Assembly (NCBI RefSeq): GCF_009914755.1
Contig: NC_060931.1
Strand: one strand, 5' to 3'
Length of the DNA: 64,000 bases
DNA from: the human T2T-CHM13v2.0 reference genome, Homo sapiens
Made by a program: the position numbers and the translations under genes
Part shown: positions 30,364 to 43,948 of the stretch, piece by piece
Position numbering within the stretch: the first letter of the stretch is position 1
Layout of the letters: every line of letters begins with the position of its first letter
Notes under the pieces: generated by a model
What the model was told of the DNA's origin: nothing
Seen by the model: only the letters and a program-made list of their open reading frames with translations
The model's database searches: none

Positions 30364-31113
30364 TTAAAAAAAACAAAAACAACAACCTTTATTTTATGGT
30401 AATTAAGTTCCGGAAAAGTTAACAAAAGTAGTTGGGTTTCCATATCTCCCTCATCTGGCTTCTGACATTAACAGCTTTCATAACCATGGTTCAGTTGTCA
30501 GATCCAGAAAATTACCACTGGTTGGCTGGGCACGGTGGCTCACTCCTGCAATCCCAGCACTTTGGGAGGCCAAGGCAGGCGGATTATGAAGTCGAGAGAT
30601 CAAGACCATCCTGGGCAACGTAGCGAAACCCCGTCTCTACTAAAAATACATAAATTAGCCGGGTGTGGTGGCACGCACCTGTAGTCCCAGCTACTCAGGA
30701 GGCTGAGGCAGGAGAATCGCTTGAACCTGGGAGGCAGAGGTTTCAGTGAGCCAAGATCACACCACTGCACTCCAGCCTGGTAATAGAGCGAGACTCCGTC
30801 CCCTCACCCCCTCAAAAAAAGAAAATTACCACTGGTATAATACTCTTAACTAAAGGTTTTTTCTTTCTTTCTTGATTTTTCACCAATTTCCCACTACTGT
30901 CCTCTTTCTGTCCCAGGATCCAATCCAGGGTCCCACTTTGCTTCCAGTTCTTATTCTCCCCGTCCTCCTCTGGGCTGGAACAGTTTGTCAGTCTTTATCT
31001 TTCATAACCTTGTTACTTTCAAAGAGGTGCTTTGTTGAATGTCCCTTAATTTGAGTTTGTCTTGTTTTCCCATGTTTGGACAAAGATAATGCCCTTTATT
31101 ATTTCTTTTTTGA

Positions 31114-31278
<165 letters not shown>

Positions 31279-32148
31279 TGATTGTTGCCCAGGCTAGATA
31301 ATGCATTTTTGACATTAAATCCCCCCAAAATGGTGTTGCATCCCTCCCAGAGCATCCTATCGTGGGGTTTATGATACTGACCTGTCTTTTACTGGTGATG
31401 ACGGTCATGATCATTTGCTAAAGTGGTGTCTGCCAGGATTTTTCTCCTCTAAACAGGTGCTATGAGAACCTGCTTTTTTTTTTTTTTTTTTTTTTTTGAG
31501 ACTGAGTTTCTCTCTGTTGCCCAGGCTGGAGTGCAGTGGTGCAATCTCGGCTCACTGCAACCTCTGCTGCCCGAGGTTCAAGTGATTCTCCTGCCTCAGC
31601 CTCCCAAGTAGCTGGGATTACAGGCGCCTGCCACCACGCCTGGCTAATTTTTGTAGTTTTAGTAGAGACGGGATTTTGCCATCTTGGCCAGGCTGGTCTT
31701 GAACTCCTGACCTCGCGATCCACCCACCTTGGCCTCCCAAAGTGCTGAGATTATAGGCGTGAGCCACTGCACCCAGCCATTTTTTTTTTTTTTTTGAGAC
31801 GGAGTCTTGCTCTGTTGTCCAGGCTGGAGTGCAGTGGCACGGTCTCAGCAACCTCCACCTCCTGGGTTCAAGTGATTCTCCTGCCTCAGCCTACTGAATA
31901 GCTGGGACTACAGCTGTGTGCCAGCATGCCCAGCTAATTTTTTATATTTTTAGTAGAGATGGGGTTTCACCGTGTTAGGATGGTATCAATCTCCTGACCT
32001 TGTGATCCACCTGCCTCAGCCTCCCAAAGTGCTGGGATTTCAGGCGTGAGCCACCACGCCTGGCCTGAGAGCCTGCATTTTGATGACACTAGTGAGTGTA
32101 AAATATCTTTTTTTTTCTTTTTATTTTCTTTATTCACAACAGGTATGA

Positions 32149-32466
<318 letters not shown>

Positions 32467-32634
32467 TGAATTGCCCAGGAAAACAAAACCAAAGGCCTCC
32501 ACACAGGCACCCAAGGAGCGTAAAAGCGCGAAGGCACCTCAGTGACTCCCACTTGGCCATGACGCAGTGTTTCTCCAGCTCTCGTTTCCAATAAGTCAGC
32601 GGTGTGCAGTAAGCTCTGCTCTTTTCTCCCCCAG

Positions 32635-32735
32635 TGCCTCCCTCCCCAGCGGTCCCTCAAGCAGCCCAGGGAGCGTCCCTGCCACTGTGCCCATGCAGAT
32701 GCCAAAGCCCAGCAGAGTCCAGCAGGCGCTCGCAG
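32635..32735 (+). CDS. DTX2: DTX2 coding exon 3
   Basis: Acceptor CTCCCCCAG|, [33 protein letters not shown], donor CAG|GTAGGT. Phases match the neighbours. Confidence 0.93.
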
Positions 32736-33273
32736 GTAGGTGCCTGCCCTCGGGCTGCAGAGCAGTCTGTGCCCTGCGGGACTTGGTGGGGAGGAAATTG
32801 TGATGTGGGGCCTTGTCACCCTCTGGATCCTCAGGGAGAGCCAAAGGGGCTCCCTGGGGGAGCAGTGCCTCTTTCTGGTGATGGTATCACCCCAGAGTGA
32901 GCCCAGGTGCCCCTCCTTTTGCTCTCTGGGTATGTGGGCCTGATGACGGTGGGCGCTCGGGTGCAGACCTTTTCACATCCTTTAACATTTTTGCATTGAA
33001 TTGCATTATATTTAAATAGTCACTTTCCTGTCCTGAAATACTTTAAACATTTCCTTAAAGGGGCCCTCTGGGGAATTAATAGATCTATTTCGGCTGTAGT
33101 TACTCTTACATCTTGAATAAGAGGCACCTTTTGGGTCCAACCAGATCTTTTGCTGTACTAACCATACATCTTACATCTTGGAACTGTTTTGGGTTTGGTT
33201 TGGTTTTTTGTGAGACAAGAGTCTCGCTCTGTCACCCAGGCTGGAGTGCAGTGGCGCTAACCCAGCTCACTGA

Positions 33274-34046
<773 letters not shown>

Positions 34047-37000
34047 TAAGGAGGTGGATGGCGCCATCGTTGTTCACAGGGTGATGTGGCGGAATTCAAT
34101 AATGAGTTGGTGTTTTAGGGGAGTTGCTGTCGTAGTGGCTGAGAGGGGACAGGCCTGGAGGTAGGGCGGCTGGTGCAGAGCCTGACCTCAGACCTGGGGG
34201 CACCAGCCAAGGCCTGACCAGCTTCGAGGCAGTGGAGTGGAGGGGGAGGTTTGGCTTGAAACATTCAGAGGCATGAGCCGTCAGGCGGGGGGTTGTGAGG
34301 GGGGATTGGGGGTAGACTGAGGCCTGCTGGAGTGCAGCCAGTGACAACTGAGGAGCAGCCTGGGGCTTGGCGTGTGTGAATTCATTTCGTCCTTAAATCA
34401 CTGAGGTGGAGGCTTTTGTTCCCATTTTCATTAGAGGAAACTGAGGCTCGGAGAATTTAAAAATTCTCTGCCAGCCCTTGGCAGAGCTGAGACACAGCCC
34501 CGGGCCTTCTTGCCTATGACGGTTCAGTGCTGCTGAGTCTAGGGGGAGGTTGGGAGGGGGTGATGGCTGTGGAGTGGCCGTTGGAGCTGTTCCGGGGCAG
34601 TGGGATTTGGCTGTGGGCCTCAGAAGAGCAGTCTTGGGTGGAATGGGGTGCCCCTGACCCCTCGTGGGAGCGTGTGTGCCACAGAGACCGTGGGCGGGAC
34701 TGAAGAGAAAATGAAGGAGCGGCCAGAGAGGTGGGGGCAGGAGGGAGAGGAGCTGGAGTGGGGCAGGGGAGACAGAATGAGCAAGACACACTGGCCAGAA
34801 AGTCCCTGCTCACTGAAGTCACCGTGCGGCGCCGTAGGGAAATCACAGTGTACCGTGTGTGCATGTGCGGCCGTGGTGGCATTGGAGACAGGTTGTGGGT
34901 AAACAGACGGGGCCCCCACACGGTTCCTCATGGCCCAGCTCCTTCCAGTTCTGGGGCTCTCGCAAGCCTTCGTGGCCAGGCCTGACAGTGAGCGACCTCT
35001 GAGGCCATGACACAGATCTGAGTGCTCTGGGTGTGGAGTTAGCACCTGCCCCCTTCCTCTGTTCTTGAGGCTGAAGGTCCTGTCCAGGCTGTGTCCCAAA
35101 TTGTCCATCCTGTTGTCTGTCCCCGTTGCTCTCAGAGCAATCCTGGAGCTAAAGCAGGTATTTTAACATCCATTTTACTTGTGGGGAAATAGATTCGGGA
35201 AGCTGGTTCAGGCCTAAGGAAATAGGAGAGCCTGGAGGCTGTGTGGACTCCTGCCTCCCCCAATTCAAGGCCCAGTGTTGGTACCTACTGGGGGAGCATT
35301 GTCTAGGGGAGCAGGGAATGAGAGGAGCCTGGCCAGCACCCCGGAGCCAGAGCTGGAGAGCAGTGTCCTGTCACCCTGGTGTGCTTGTGGGTTGAGGAAT
35401 TATACCATGCCCGGCTGCGGAGATGAGCGTTTGCGCACAGGGTTTTTGCAGAGAGGTTTATAACCAGGAGGTCATGCTTTGGAAGGACTGAGTGCTGGAG
35501 GCACTGCTTCCAGGTGACAGTGCCTCCAGGTGACAGCTCCCCTGGCTGTGGCATAGCCCAGTCCCTCTATCGGGTGGGGGCAGGGACTGTGAGGCTGGAG
35601 CCAGGGTCTCCACCCCTCACCTGGTCACAGCAGCGGTCCATCCACAGCTCACACTGCTGCCTGGGGCAGGGATGGGTGTCAGCAGCCTGCCCAGGACTGC
35701 TCAGCTGGTGAGGGCTGGCACTGGGCTCGAACCCAGGCTGGGGAGGTCAGAGCGCACAGAGGAGAGGCTTGGATCTCAGCCCTGGCCCTGGGTGTCAGAA
35801 GGAGGGGTGTCTGCAAATTGGAAGTGAGAATCAGTGAGTGGGGGCTTCACCCTTCAGGGCTCTGACAGCGGGAATCCTCCCAGATGGGTGGAGAAAAAGG
35901 CTGTGGCCCTCCGAGTTATTCAGGTGTTTTGGGGGCTGTCAGGAGTTTGGGGGGCTGTCCCTAGCCCTCCTCCTCTCCAGGCTTCTGGGTTGAAACTTGT
36001 GTGTTTGTGACTTGAATTCAGGGGAGTGGGTCCTGCATTGAAAAGGACACGTGTGTCACTCATGCGGCCTCCTGGGGGCTGGTGGTGGCCCAAGGATGTC
36101 TTCATTCCTCAGCAAACACAGAGGGCTGCAGGCTTCCCAGGGATCAGGCACTGCCCCAGCGGGGTGCTGGAGATGCAGCTACGGGTGGGACCTCGTGGAA
36201 CTCGTGCTGAGGGAAGACAGTCCATAGAAACAGAGGGGAGTGCAAAGCAGGAGTCCAGCAGGGTGGGGCGGGAGGCTTGGAGGGACAGGCCCCGTCAGGC
36301 AGTGTTCAGGGAAGGCCTGCCCGCCGAGGCAGTGTTGCCGGAGAACCCTGGGTAGGGAGACGTGTCCTGGCCTTTGGTCCTCCCAGACGACGTGGGCAGC
36401 GCAGAGGCACCAGGTTCTCTTGAGGAAAACTGCACCTGTCCCTGTTCTCTCCCATCTCTCTGCCAGCCGCGCCCGCTTGTCCTTCTCTCCACCTGACATT
36501 CAGTTCCCACAGGAACCGCATTTGAGCCCAGGAACAAGCTTGGGATGTTGGGGGCATTGAGCTCCCGGGCTCAAACCTCTGTCCTCTGATGCACGCTTTG
36601 GTGTCTCCTGCTGAGCGGCCACTGCAACTCACCCTGCCCACCTTGGCTCTGCTGCCCAGGCTGGTGGCTGGTCTCCGCTTCTGTCCCCACAGCCAGGCAC
36701 ATGTGCCGGGTTGAGAAGCTTTGTTCTTCTAGTGGGGGCGCAGTGGCTGGCCTGGCCGCCCTTCACCCCTGAGTCACGCCATCTGTTCCTGGATGGGGAG
36801 TGGGGTCCAGGAGGACTGGGATCTCTACCAACTCCCCCGGCAGCCGGCTGTGCCCAGCTCCTGAGCCAGGTTCTGCAGACCCTGGAAGCCACCTTAAGGG
36901 ATGGCTAAGAAGCTCTGGGCTTCCCCTTTCTCTGGAGAGGAGGTGCTTTTGACCTAACTGACCGATGACAGGGAGGACCGGGGAGCTGGCACTATGGAAA

Positions 37001-37820
37001 GTGGGGTAGGCCGAGGGTGTGGCAGGAACGGGTTCGTCCAGCAGGACATGCTGTGTCCCAGGAAGCGCTGGGTCATCAGGGAGCACGAAGGAAGCAGTGT
37101 CAGAGGAGAGTCCCCCAGGGCAAGTGTGGGGTTCCCTGCAGGCATCCAGCAGTGGTGAGCTCTGGAAAGAGTGGCCGGTCTGTCCCAGCATAGCTGCTGG
37201 CCACAGGCCCACCCTTGCCCGAGGGCGCCAGAGCCACAGCCTGGGGCCTTGCTGCAGCCCAGCCCTCACAGTATGGGGATGCTGCAGTGTGGGAGCAGGC
37301 CCAGGGGCCACGTTCCTGCCCGCCTACCCCAGCGCTGTCGCTGAAGGCCCTGGCACCCAGATCAGCCAGGAGGGGCATGGAGCACACACAGCGCCCAGTG
37401 GAGGCTGGAGGCCTAGTAACTCCAAGCCAGGAGGGCCCAGGGCCTCCTGGGGAAGCTGAGCCCTTGGAGCCAGCCCCACCCAGGAGACCCCGTGCCCCGG
37501 GCGGCTTCCTGGAGTGGCGTCCTCCGCCCTCTGCTCTCCTGAAGTCACGGGTCCTGCCCCGGTGCCCACCTGCACACTGAGGGCACGGGCTTGTCTGTTG
37601 CTCCTATAGAAACCTGTGGGCTCTGGGGCCAGGGCTACCATGAGCCAGGCTGCCCCACCCTCTGATTCCTGGCCTGGGTAGTCCCCAGGGAGACCTGTGC
37701 GTCCCCGTGGCCATTGATGGTGTCACATCCTTGGCCTGAGCAGGGTTTGTTGGCGTCACATGCCGAAGGAGTCTTCTAATGTCTCTCCCTCTCTGCGTGT
37801 CTGCTCTCACACCCGTGCAG

Positions 37821-37961
37821 GCATGACGAGTGTTCTGATGTCAGCCATTGGACTCCCTGTGTGTCTTAGCCGCGCACCCCAGCCCACCAGCCCTCCCGCC
37901 TCCCGTCTGGCTTCCAAAAGTCACGGCTCAGTTAAGAGATTGAGGAAAATGTCCGTGAAAG
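37821..37961 (+). CDS. DTX2: DTX2 coding exon 4 (141 nt, symmetric phase 1-1)
   Basis: Acceptor GTGCAG|, [22 protein letters not shown]...KMSVK, donor AAG|GTAGTT. Confidence 0.92.
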
Positions 37962-39272
37962 GTAGTTCTTGTTCCCAAAAGCTCTCTGGCCTTTGCTAAG
38001 CCTCCTTTCGGCCTCGCTGCCTCCGACTCTTCTGCACAGACCCTCTTCCTTCTCTCTGCTCCCTGACTCCTGGGGGAAGGGGCTCAGTGGCCCTTCTCCC
38101 TGCCCCCGCTCGGCAGCAGAGGCGGCCCCTGGAAGCTGACTTTCCACCGCAGCCCCAGAGTTCAGCTCCTCTCCTCCAGTCACAGCTGGCATGAGGGGGC
38201 TTGTTCTTGAGGACTTTGTGATTTTTGTAAGCAACAATTTGTGGGTGAGAGGCGGCGCCCGGCTCAGGATGCGGGGACAACCGTCCCTTCCGCCAGGGCC
38301 AGCACGTGTCTCGGGAAAGGCCCCCAGACAGCGGCCCAGGTCTGCTGCCCAGGTCTGCTGCCCTGACCCCCAGCCCTGTGTGGCCGCCACGTGGGCTGCT
38401 TGAGAGGGGTCCCTCGGTGACCCCTGCCCTGCTCGTTGCATGGCCACAGAAGAAGGGGCTTTAGGACCACAGCAGGTCCAGGGAGTTACAGCAAGACCTG
38501 CTCGGAGCAGCCTGTGATGGTCAAGTTCTGAACCTTTCCCAAGTGGGTGCTGGCCTTGCTTCCACCCCTGGGCTGTGGAAGTGTGGACTGTGGCCAGTCC
38601 AGACGCTCTTGAGTGGGCGTGGTGGCGGGCAGGGAGGGTGGCCGTGGCCCTGCTGGCCCTCAGTGTCTGTGTCATCTCAGCAGGTCCTCTCGGAGCCTCC
38701 GCTTAGCAGAGGGGCTTGGCGAGGTCTAGGAAATACTCGAAGCGCCTGGCATGCGGCAAGGGTGGCTTCCGATCGTGTCCGACCTCCAGCCCACAGGCGA
38801 GGAGGTGGGCTCAGGGAGGGGTGGGCCTCGAGCTCCTGCCCCCAGCCCAGGGCTCTGCACGCCCTGCCCTTCCCCTGCCCTGGGGGAGGAGCCAGACTCG
38901 TTGGCAGCCCGGGCTGGCAACCTTCTGTGGCACTCGGGTTTACCTGGGAAGGACACGCTCTTGGTGGGTCGCCTGGCTGGCCCCTTCTGAGACACGTGGC
39001 TAATGGAAAGCTCCCTTCTGTTCTGAAAAGCTGCAAGGGCTGGGGTGGGTGGGCGGGGGTGGGATGCTGTGCCCGGCCTCACCAGGGCTGGGCAGAGGCA
39101 AGGCCCAGGCTCACCCGGAGATGGCTCTGGAGTTGGCAGGCTTTTCCAAAGGAAAAGGCCCCCCTCAGCCTGAGTAGGGCATTCCAGCCACACGGAGGGT
39201 GACCCTGAGCTGGGGCCATCGTTCTGGTCTGGCGTTCTCGCCACCGTGACCGGATTTGGGTTCGGGCAGTCT

Positions 39273-42200
39273 GGGTGTGTGGAGGTGTGGGGTGTGTGGG
39301 GTGTGTAGAGGTGAGGGTGTGTGGGGTGTGTGGAGGTGAGGGTGTGTGGGGTGTGTGGAGGTGTGGGCTGTATGGAGGTGTGGAGTGTGTGTGGAGGTGT
39401 GTGGAGGTGTGGGGTGTATGGAGGTGGGTGTGTGGGGTGTATGGAGGTGTGAGGTGTGTGGAGGGGTGAGGTGTGTAGGGTGTGTAGAAGTGTGTGGGGT
39501 GTGTGAGGTGGGGTGTGAGGTGTGTGGAGGTGGGTGTGTGGAGCTGTGTGTGGTGTGTGGAGGTGTGAGGTGTGTGGAGGTGTGGGGTGTGTGGAGCTGT
39601 GTGGGGTGTATGGAGGTGTAGGGTGTGAGGAGGTGTGGAGGTGTGGGGTGTGTGGAGGTGTGGGGTGTGTGGAGGTGTGGGATGTGTGGGGTGTGTGGAG
39701 GTGGGTGTGTGGGGTGTGGAGATGTGTGAGGTGTGGAGGTGTGAGGTGTGTGGTGTGTGGAGGTGTGGAGTGTGGGGTCTGTGAAGGTGTGAGGGGTGTG
39801 TGGAGGTGTGGGAGTTGTGTGGCGATGTGTGTGGGGTGTGTGTGTGGAGGTTGGTGTGTGGAGGTGTGTGGTATGTGGAGGTGGGGATGTGTGGGGTGTG
39901 TAGAGGTGAGGGTGTGTGGGGTGTGTGGAGGTGTGGGGTGTGTGGGGTGTGGAGATGTGTGGGGTGTGGAGGTGTGAGGTGTGTGGAGGGGTGAGGTGTG
40001 TAGGCTGTGTAGAAGTGTGTGAGGTGTGGGGGGTGTGAGGTGTGTGGAGGTGGGTGTGTGGAGGTGTGTGTGGTGAGGTGTGGGGTGTGTGGAGGTGTGG
40101 GGTGTGTGGAGGTGTGGGGTGCGTGGAGGTGTGAGGTACGAGGAGGTGTCGGGTGTGTCGAGGTGTGTGTGGTGTGTGGAGGTGTGGGGTGTGTGGAGGT
40201 GGGTGTGGGGTGTGTGGAGGTGGGTGTGTGGAGGTGGAGGGTGTCTGGAAGTGGAGGGTGTGTGGAAGTGGAGGGTGTGTGGAGGTGTGTGGGGTGTGTG
40301 GAGGTGTGTGGTGTGGGGTGTGTGGAGGTGCGTGGTGTGGGGTGTGTGGAGGTGGGTGTGTGGTGTGTGTGGAGTGTGGGGTGTGTGGTGTGTGGAGGTG
40401 TGGGGTGTGGAGGTGAATGTGTGGGGTGTGTGGAGGTGGGTGTGTGGGGTGTGTGGAGGTATGTGGGGTGTGTGGGGTGTGTGGAGGTGTGTGGGGTGTG
40501 TGGGATGTGTGAAGGTGTGGGGTGTGTGGAGGTATGCAGTGTGTGGTGGTGTGTGGGGTGTCTGGAGGTGTGTGGGGTGTGTGGTGTGTGGAGGTATGGG
40601 GTGTGTGGGGTGTGTGTGGTGTGTGTGTGGAGATGTGTGGTGTGTGGAGGTGTGGGGTGTGTGGAGGTGTGGGGTGTGTACAGGTGTGGGGTATGTGGAG
40701 ATGGGGTGTGCAGGTGTGTGGAAGTGTGCAGGTGTGTGGAGGTGTGCAGGTGTGTAGGTATGTGCACGTGGGTGTGTGGTATGTGGTGTGTGCAGGTGTG
40801 GGTATGTGGAGGTGTGGGGTGTGTGGGGTGTGTGGGGTGTGTAGAGGTGAGGGTGTGTGGGGTGTGTGGAGGTGAGGGTGTGTGGGGTGTGTGGAGGTGT
40901 GGGGTGTATGGAGGTGTGGAGTGTGTGTGGAGGTGTGTGGAGGTGTGGGGTGTATGGAGGTGGGTGTGTGGGGTGTATGGAGGTGTGAGGTGTGTGGAGG
41001 GGTGAGGTGTGTAGGGTGTGTAGAAGTGTGTGGGGTGTGTGAGGTGGGGGTGTGTGAGGTGTGGGGGTGTGAGGTGTGTGGAGGTGTGGGGTGTGTGGAG
41101 CTGTGTGGGGTGTATGGAGGTGTAGGGTGTGAGGAGGTGTGGGGTATGTGGAGGTGTGGGGTGTGTGGAGGTGTGGGATGTGTGGGGTGTGTGGAGGTGG
41201 GTGTGTGGAGCTGTGTGGGGGGTATGGAGGTGTAGGGTGTGAGGAGGTGTGGGGTGTGTGAAGGTGTGGGGTATGTGGAGGTGTGGGGTGTGTGGAGGTG
41301 TGGGGTGTGTGGGGTGTGGAGATGTGTGGGGTGTGGAGGTGTGAGGTGTGTGGTGTGTGGAGGTGTGGAGTGTGGGGTCTGTGAAGGTGTGAGGGGTGTG
41401 TGGAGGTGTGGGAGTTGTGTGGGGGTGTGTGTGGGGTGTGTGTGTGGAGGTTGGTGTGTGGAGGTGTGTGGTATGTGGAGGTGTGGGGGATGTGTGGGGT
41501 GTGTAGAGGTGAGGGTGTGTGGGGTGTGTGGAGGTGTGGGGTGTGTGGGGTGTGGAGATGTGTGGGGTGTGGAGGTGTGAGGTGTGTGGAGGAGTGAGGT
41601 GTGTAGGCTGTGTAGAAGTGAGGTGTGGGGGGTGTGGGTGGAGTTGGGTGTGCGTGGGGGGGTGTGGGTGTGGATTGGGGTGTGTGGTGTGTGTATAGGT
41701 GTGGTGTCTTTAGGTGCGGGGGGTGTGGATTGGGGTGTGGTGTGTGTAGGTGTGTCTGTAGGTGTGGGGGGTGTGGGTGTTGGTGTGTGTGGAGGTGTGG
41801 GGTATGTGGGGGTGTGTGGAGGTGGGGGTGTGGGTGTTGTGTGGGGTGTGTGTGGGGTGTGTGGAGGTGTGGGGTATGTGGGGGTGTGTGGAGGTGTGGG
41901 GTTGTGGGTGGAGTTGTGTGGGGTGTGTGGGGGTGTGTGGAAGTGGGGGTGTAGGTGGAGTTGGGTGTGTGGGGGGGGTGTGGGTGTGGATTGGGGTGTG
42001 TGGTGTGTGTGTAGGTGTGGTGTCTAGGTGTGGGGGCTGTGGGTGTGGATTGGGGTATGTGGTGTGTGTAGGTGTGTTGTCTGTAGGTGTGGGGGGTGTG
42101 GGTGGAGTTGGGGGTGTGTATGTGGAGTGTGTGGGGGTGTGGGTGGAGTTGGGTGTGTGTGGGGGGTGTGGGTGGAGTTTGTGTGGGGGGTGTGTGTGGA

Positions 42201-42624
42201 TTGGGGTGTGTGGTGTGTGTGTAGGTGTGGTGTCTAGGTGTGGGGGGTGTGGGTGGAGTTGGGTGTGTGTAGGGGGGGTGTGGGTGTGGATTGGGGTGTG
42301 TGGTGTGTGTGTAGGTGTGGTGTCTAGGTGTGGGGGGTGTGGGTGGAGTTGGGTGTGTGTGTGGGGGGTGTGGATTGGGGTGTGTGGTGTGTGTGTAGGT
42401 GTGGTGTCTAGGTATGGGGGGTGTGGGTGGAGGTGTGGGGTGTGCGTGGGGTGTGGGTGTGTGGTGTGTGTGTAGGTGTGGTGTCTGTAGGTGTGGGGGT
42501 GTGGGTGGAGGTGTGGGGGGGTGTGGGGTGTGGGTGTGTGGTGTGTGTGTAGGTGTGGTATCTGTAGGTGTGGGGGGTGTGGGTGGAGGTGTGGGGTGTG
42601 TGGATGGGGGTTGGGGGGTGTGGT
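39273..42624 (+). repeat. ~3.35-kb GT-rich complex tandem array (GGAGGTGTGGGGTGTGT-like units)
   Basis: Seen directly. The + strand is almost devoid of C, and there are two sub-domains. Confidence 0.97.
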
Positions 42625-43868
42625 CTTGCCAGCAGTTTCCCTCCAGGTCACAGCAGCCATGCCATCACAGCAATTCCAGCTTGGTTACATATTCGTCTTT
42701 CCCGTTTGAGATCAGGGAACCGAGGCTCAGAGGTGGCATGATTCGTTCACAGCAAGAGAACTAGAATTAAACAAACCGTGCCGACTCCAGCCTCCGCCCC
42801 ACCACGCCACCTCCCTGCCAAACTGTCCCCTCCCTGGCCCTTTTTGGTGTAAAGGGAGTTCAGCAGGTGCAGTTGTGAGCCCTCAGGCTTAGAATTCTCT
42901 GCAGCCCCTGAAGGCCGTGAGCTTGGATTCAAACCAGAGCCCCTTCTGGTCCTGGAGTCTGGGACGACCGCAGCCCCACCATGACCTTGGGGTGGAGCCC
43001 CTGTCAGGAGCGCCTCCACGGGTGGCAGTGGGCTCCCCGTCCCTCTTTCACCCCCGCACGGGCTTGGCTGCTGGCTTCTGTGGTTCTGCTACTCCCACTA
43101 CCTAGAGAACGCCCCGGGCCGCGCCGATCCTCACCAGCTCAGGAGCTTCTTGTCCGTAGGAGAGGCTTTACTGGATGTGGGGTTCGGTGTTTATGGAGAT
43201 GCAGCCCTTCTCCCTCCAGCTTCGTGCGTGTGTGCACAGACAGCGAGTGAGGCCGTCAGGGTGGGCTCCTGCCACGTCTTGGCCCCTCCCCAGAGTCGCT
43301 GGACTTAGGAGCTAGTCTGCATGTGACAGACCTTCCCAGTCAGTGGCAGGCGTTTCCCGGGACAGTGTCTGTGTGGCGGTCGGCGTGTGTGCAGCTGCCT
43401 GTACATGCTGGACCCCAGACTCCCTTGTCCCTGTGATGTTCATGCCAGGGTAATGCAAGTTGAATCAAATCGTGCTGCCACAACGCCCCCTGGAGTAGTT
43501 TGTGCCCGAAGCGGCTGTCTGACTCTTCCGCGCAGCCTCAGAAGCGCCGGGGTCGGTTCCTCACTCAATGTGCGCGGGGATGCGGCTCCCAGGAGACTGT
43601 GCTGCTGTTTCTGCTCTTCTGCATCCTCCATGGCTCCTGGGGCTGAGCCAGGTCCCCGGACGGTGGGACTGGGGAAGGCTTTGCCCGACGGAGCTCGGGG
43701 CTCTGTGCCTGGCGCTGAGCTCTCCCGTCCCGCACACTGGCCTCCCTGTCTGGGCCCCTCTCGCATTTCCTCCTGGCAGCTTAGACCTCTTCCTTGCCTT
43801 CCTCGCCCTCTGGCCTCCTCTCCAGCCTGTGCTCCTCAGGACGCTGCTTATGTACTTCTCTCTTCTAG

Positions 43869-43948
43869 AAGCGACCCCGAAGCCAGAGCCAGAGCCAGAG
43901 CAGGTCATAAAAAACTACACGGAAGAGCTGAAAGTGCCCCCAGATGAG
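43869..43948 (+). CDS. DTX2: DTX2 coding exon 5
   Basis: Acceptor TCTTCTAG|, (E)ATPKPEPEPEQVIKNYTEELKVPPDE, donor GAG|GTTTGT. Confidence 0.93.

Noticed and set aside
39079-40767. 562-aa His/Thr/Pro-rich minus-strand ORF, plus other Val/Gly/Cys-rich ORFs in 39.3-42.7 kb
   Set aside because: The CA-rich strand of the tandem array rarely forms stop codons. There is no domain, promoter or splice support.
41630-42624. CRISPR-like or telomeric interpretation of the periodic repeat
   Set aside because: There are no unique spacers or cas genes, the context is eukaryotic, and there are no TTAGGG arrays.
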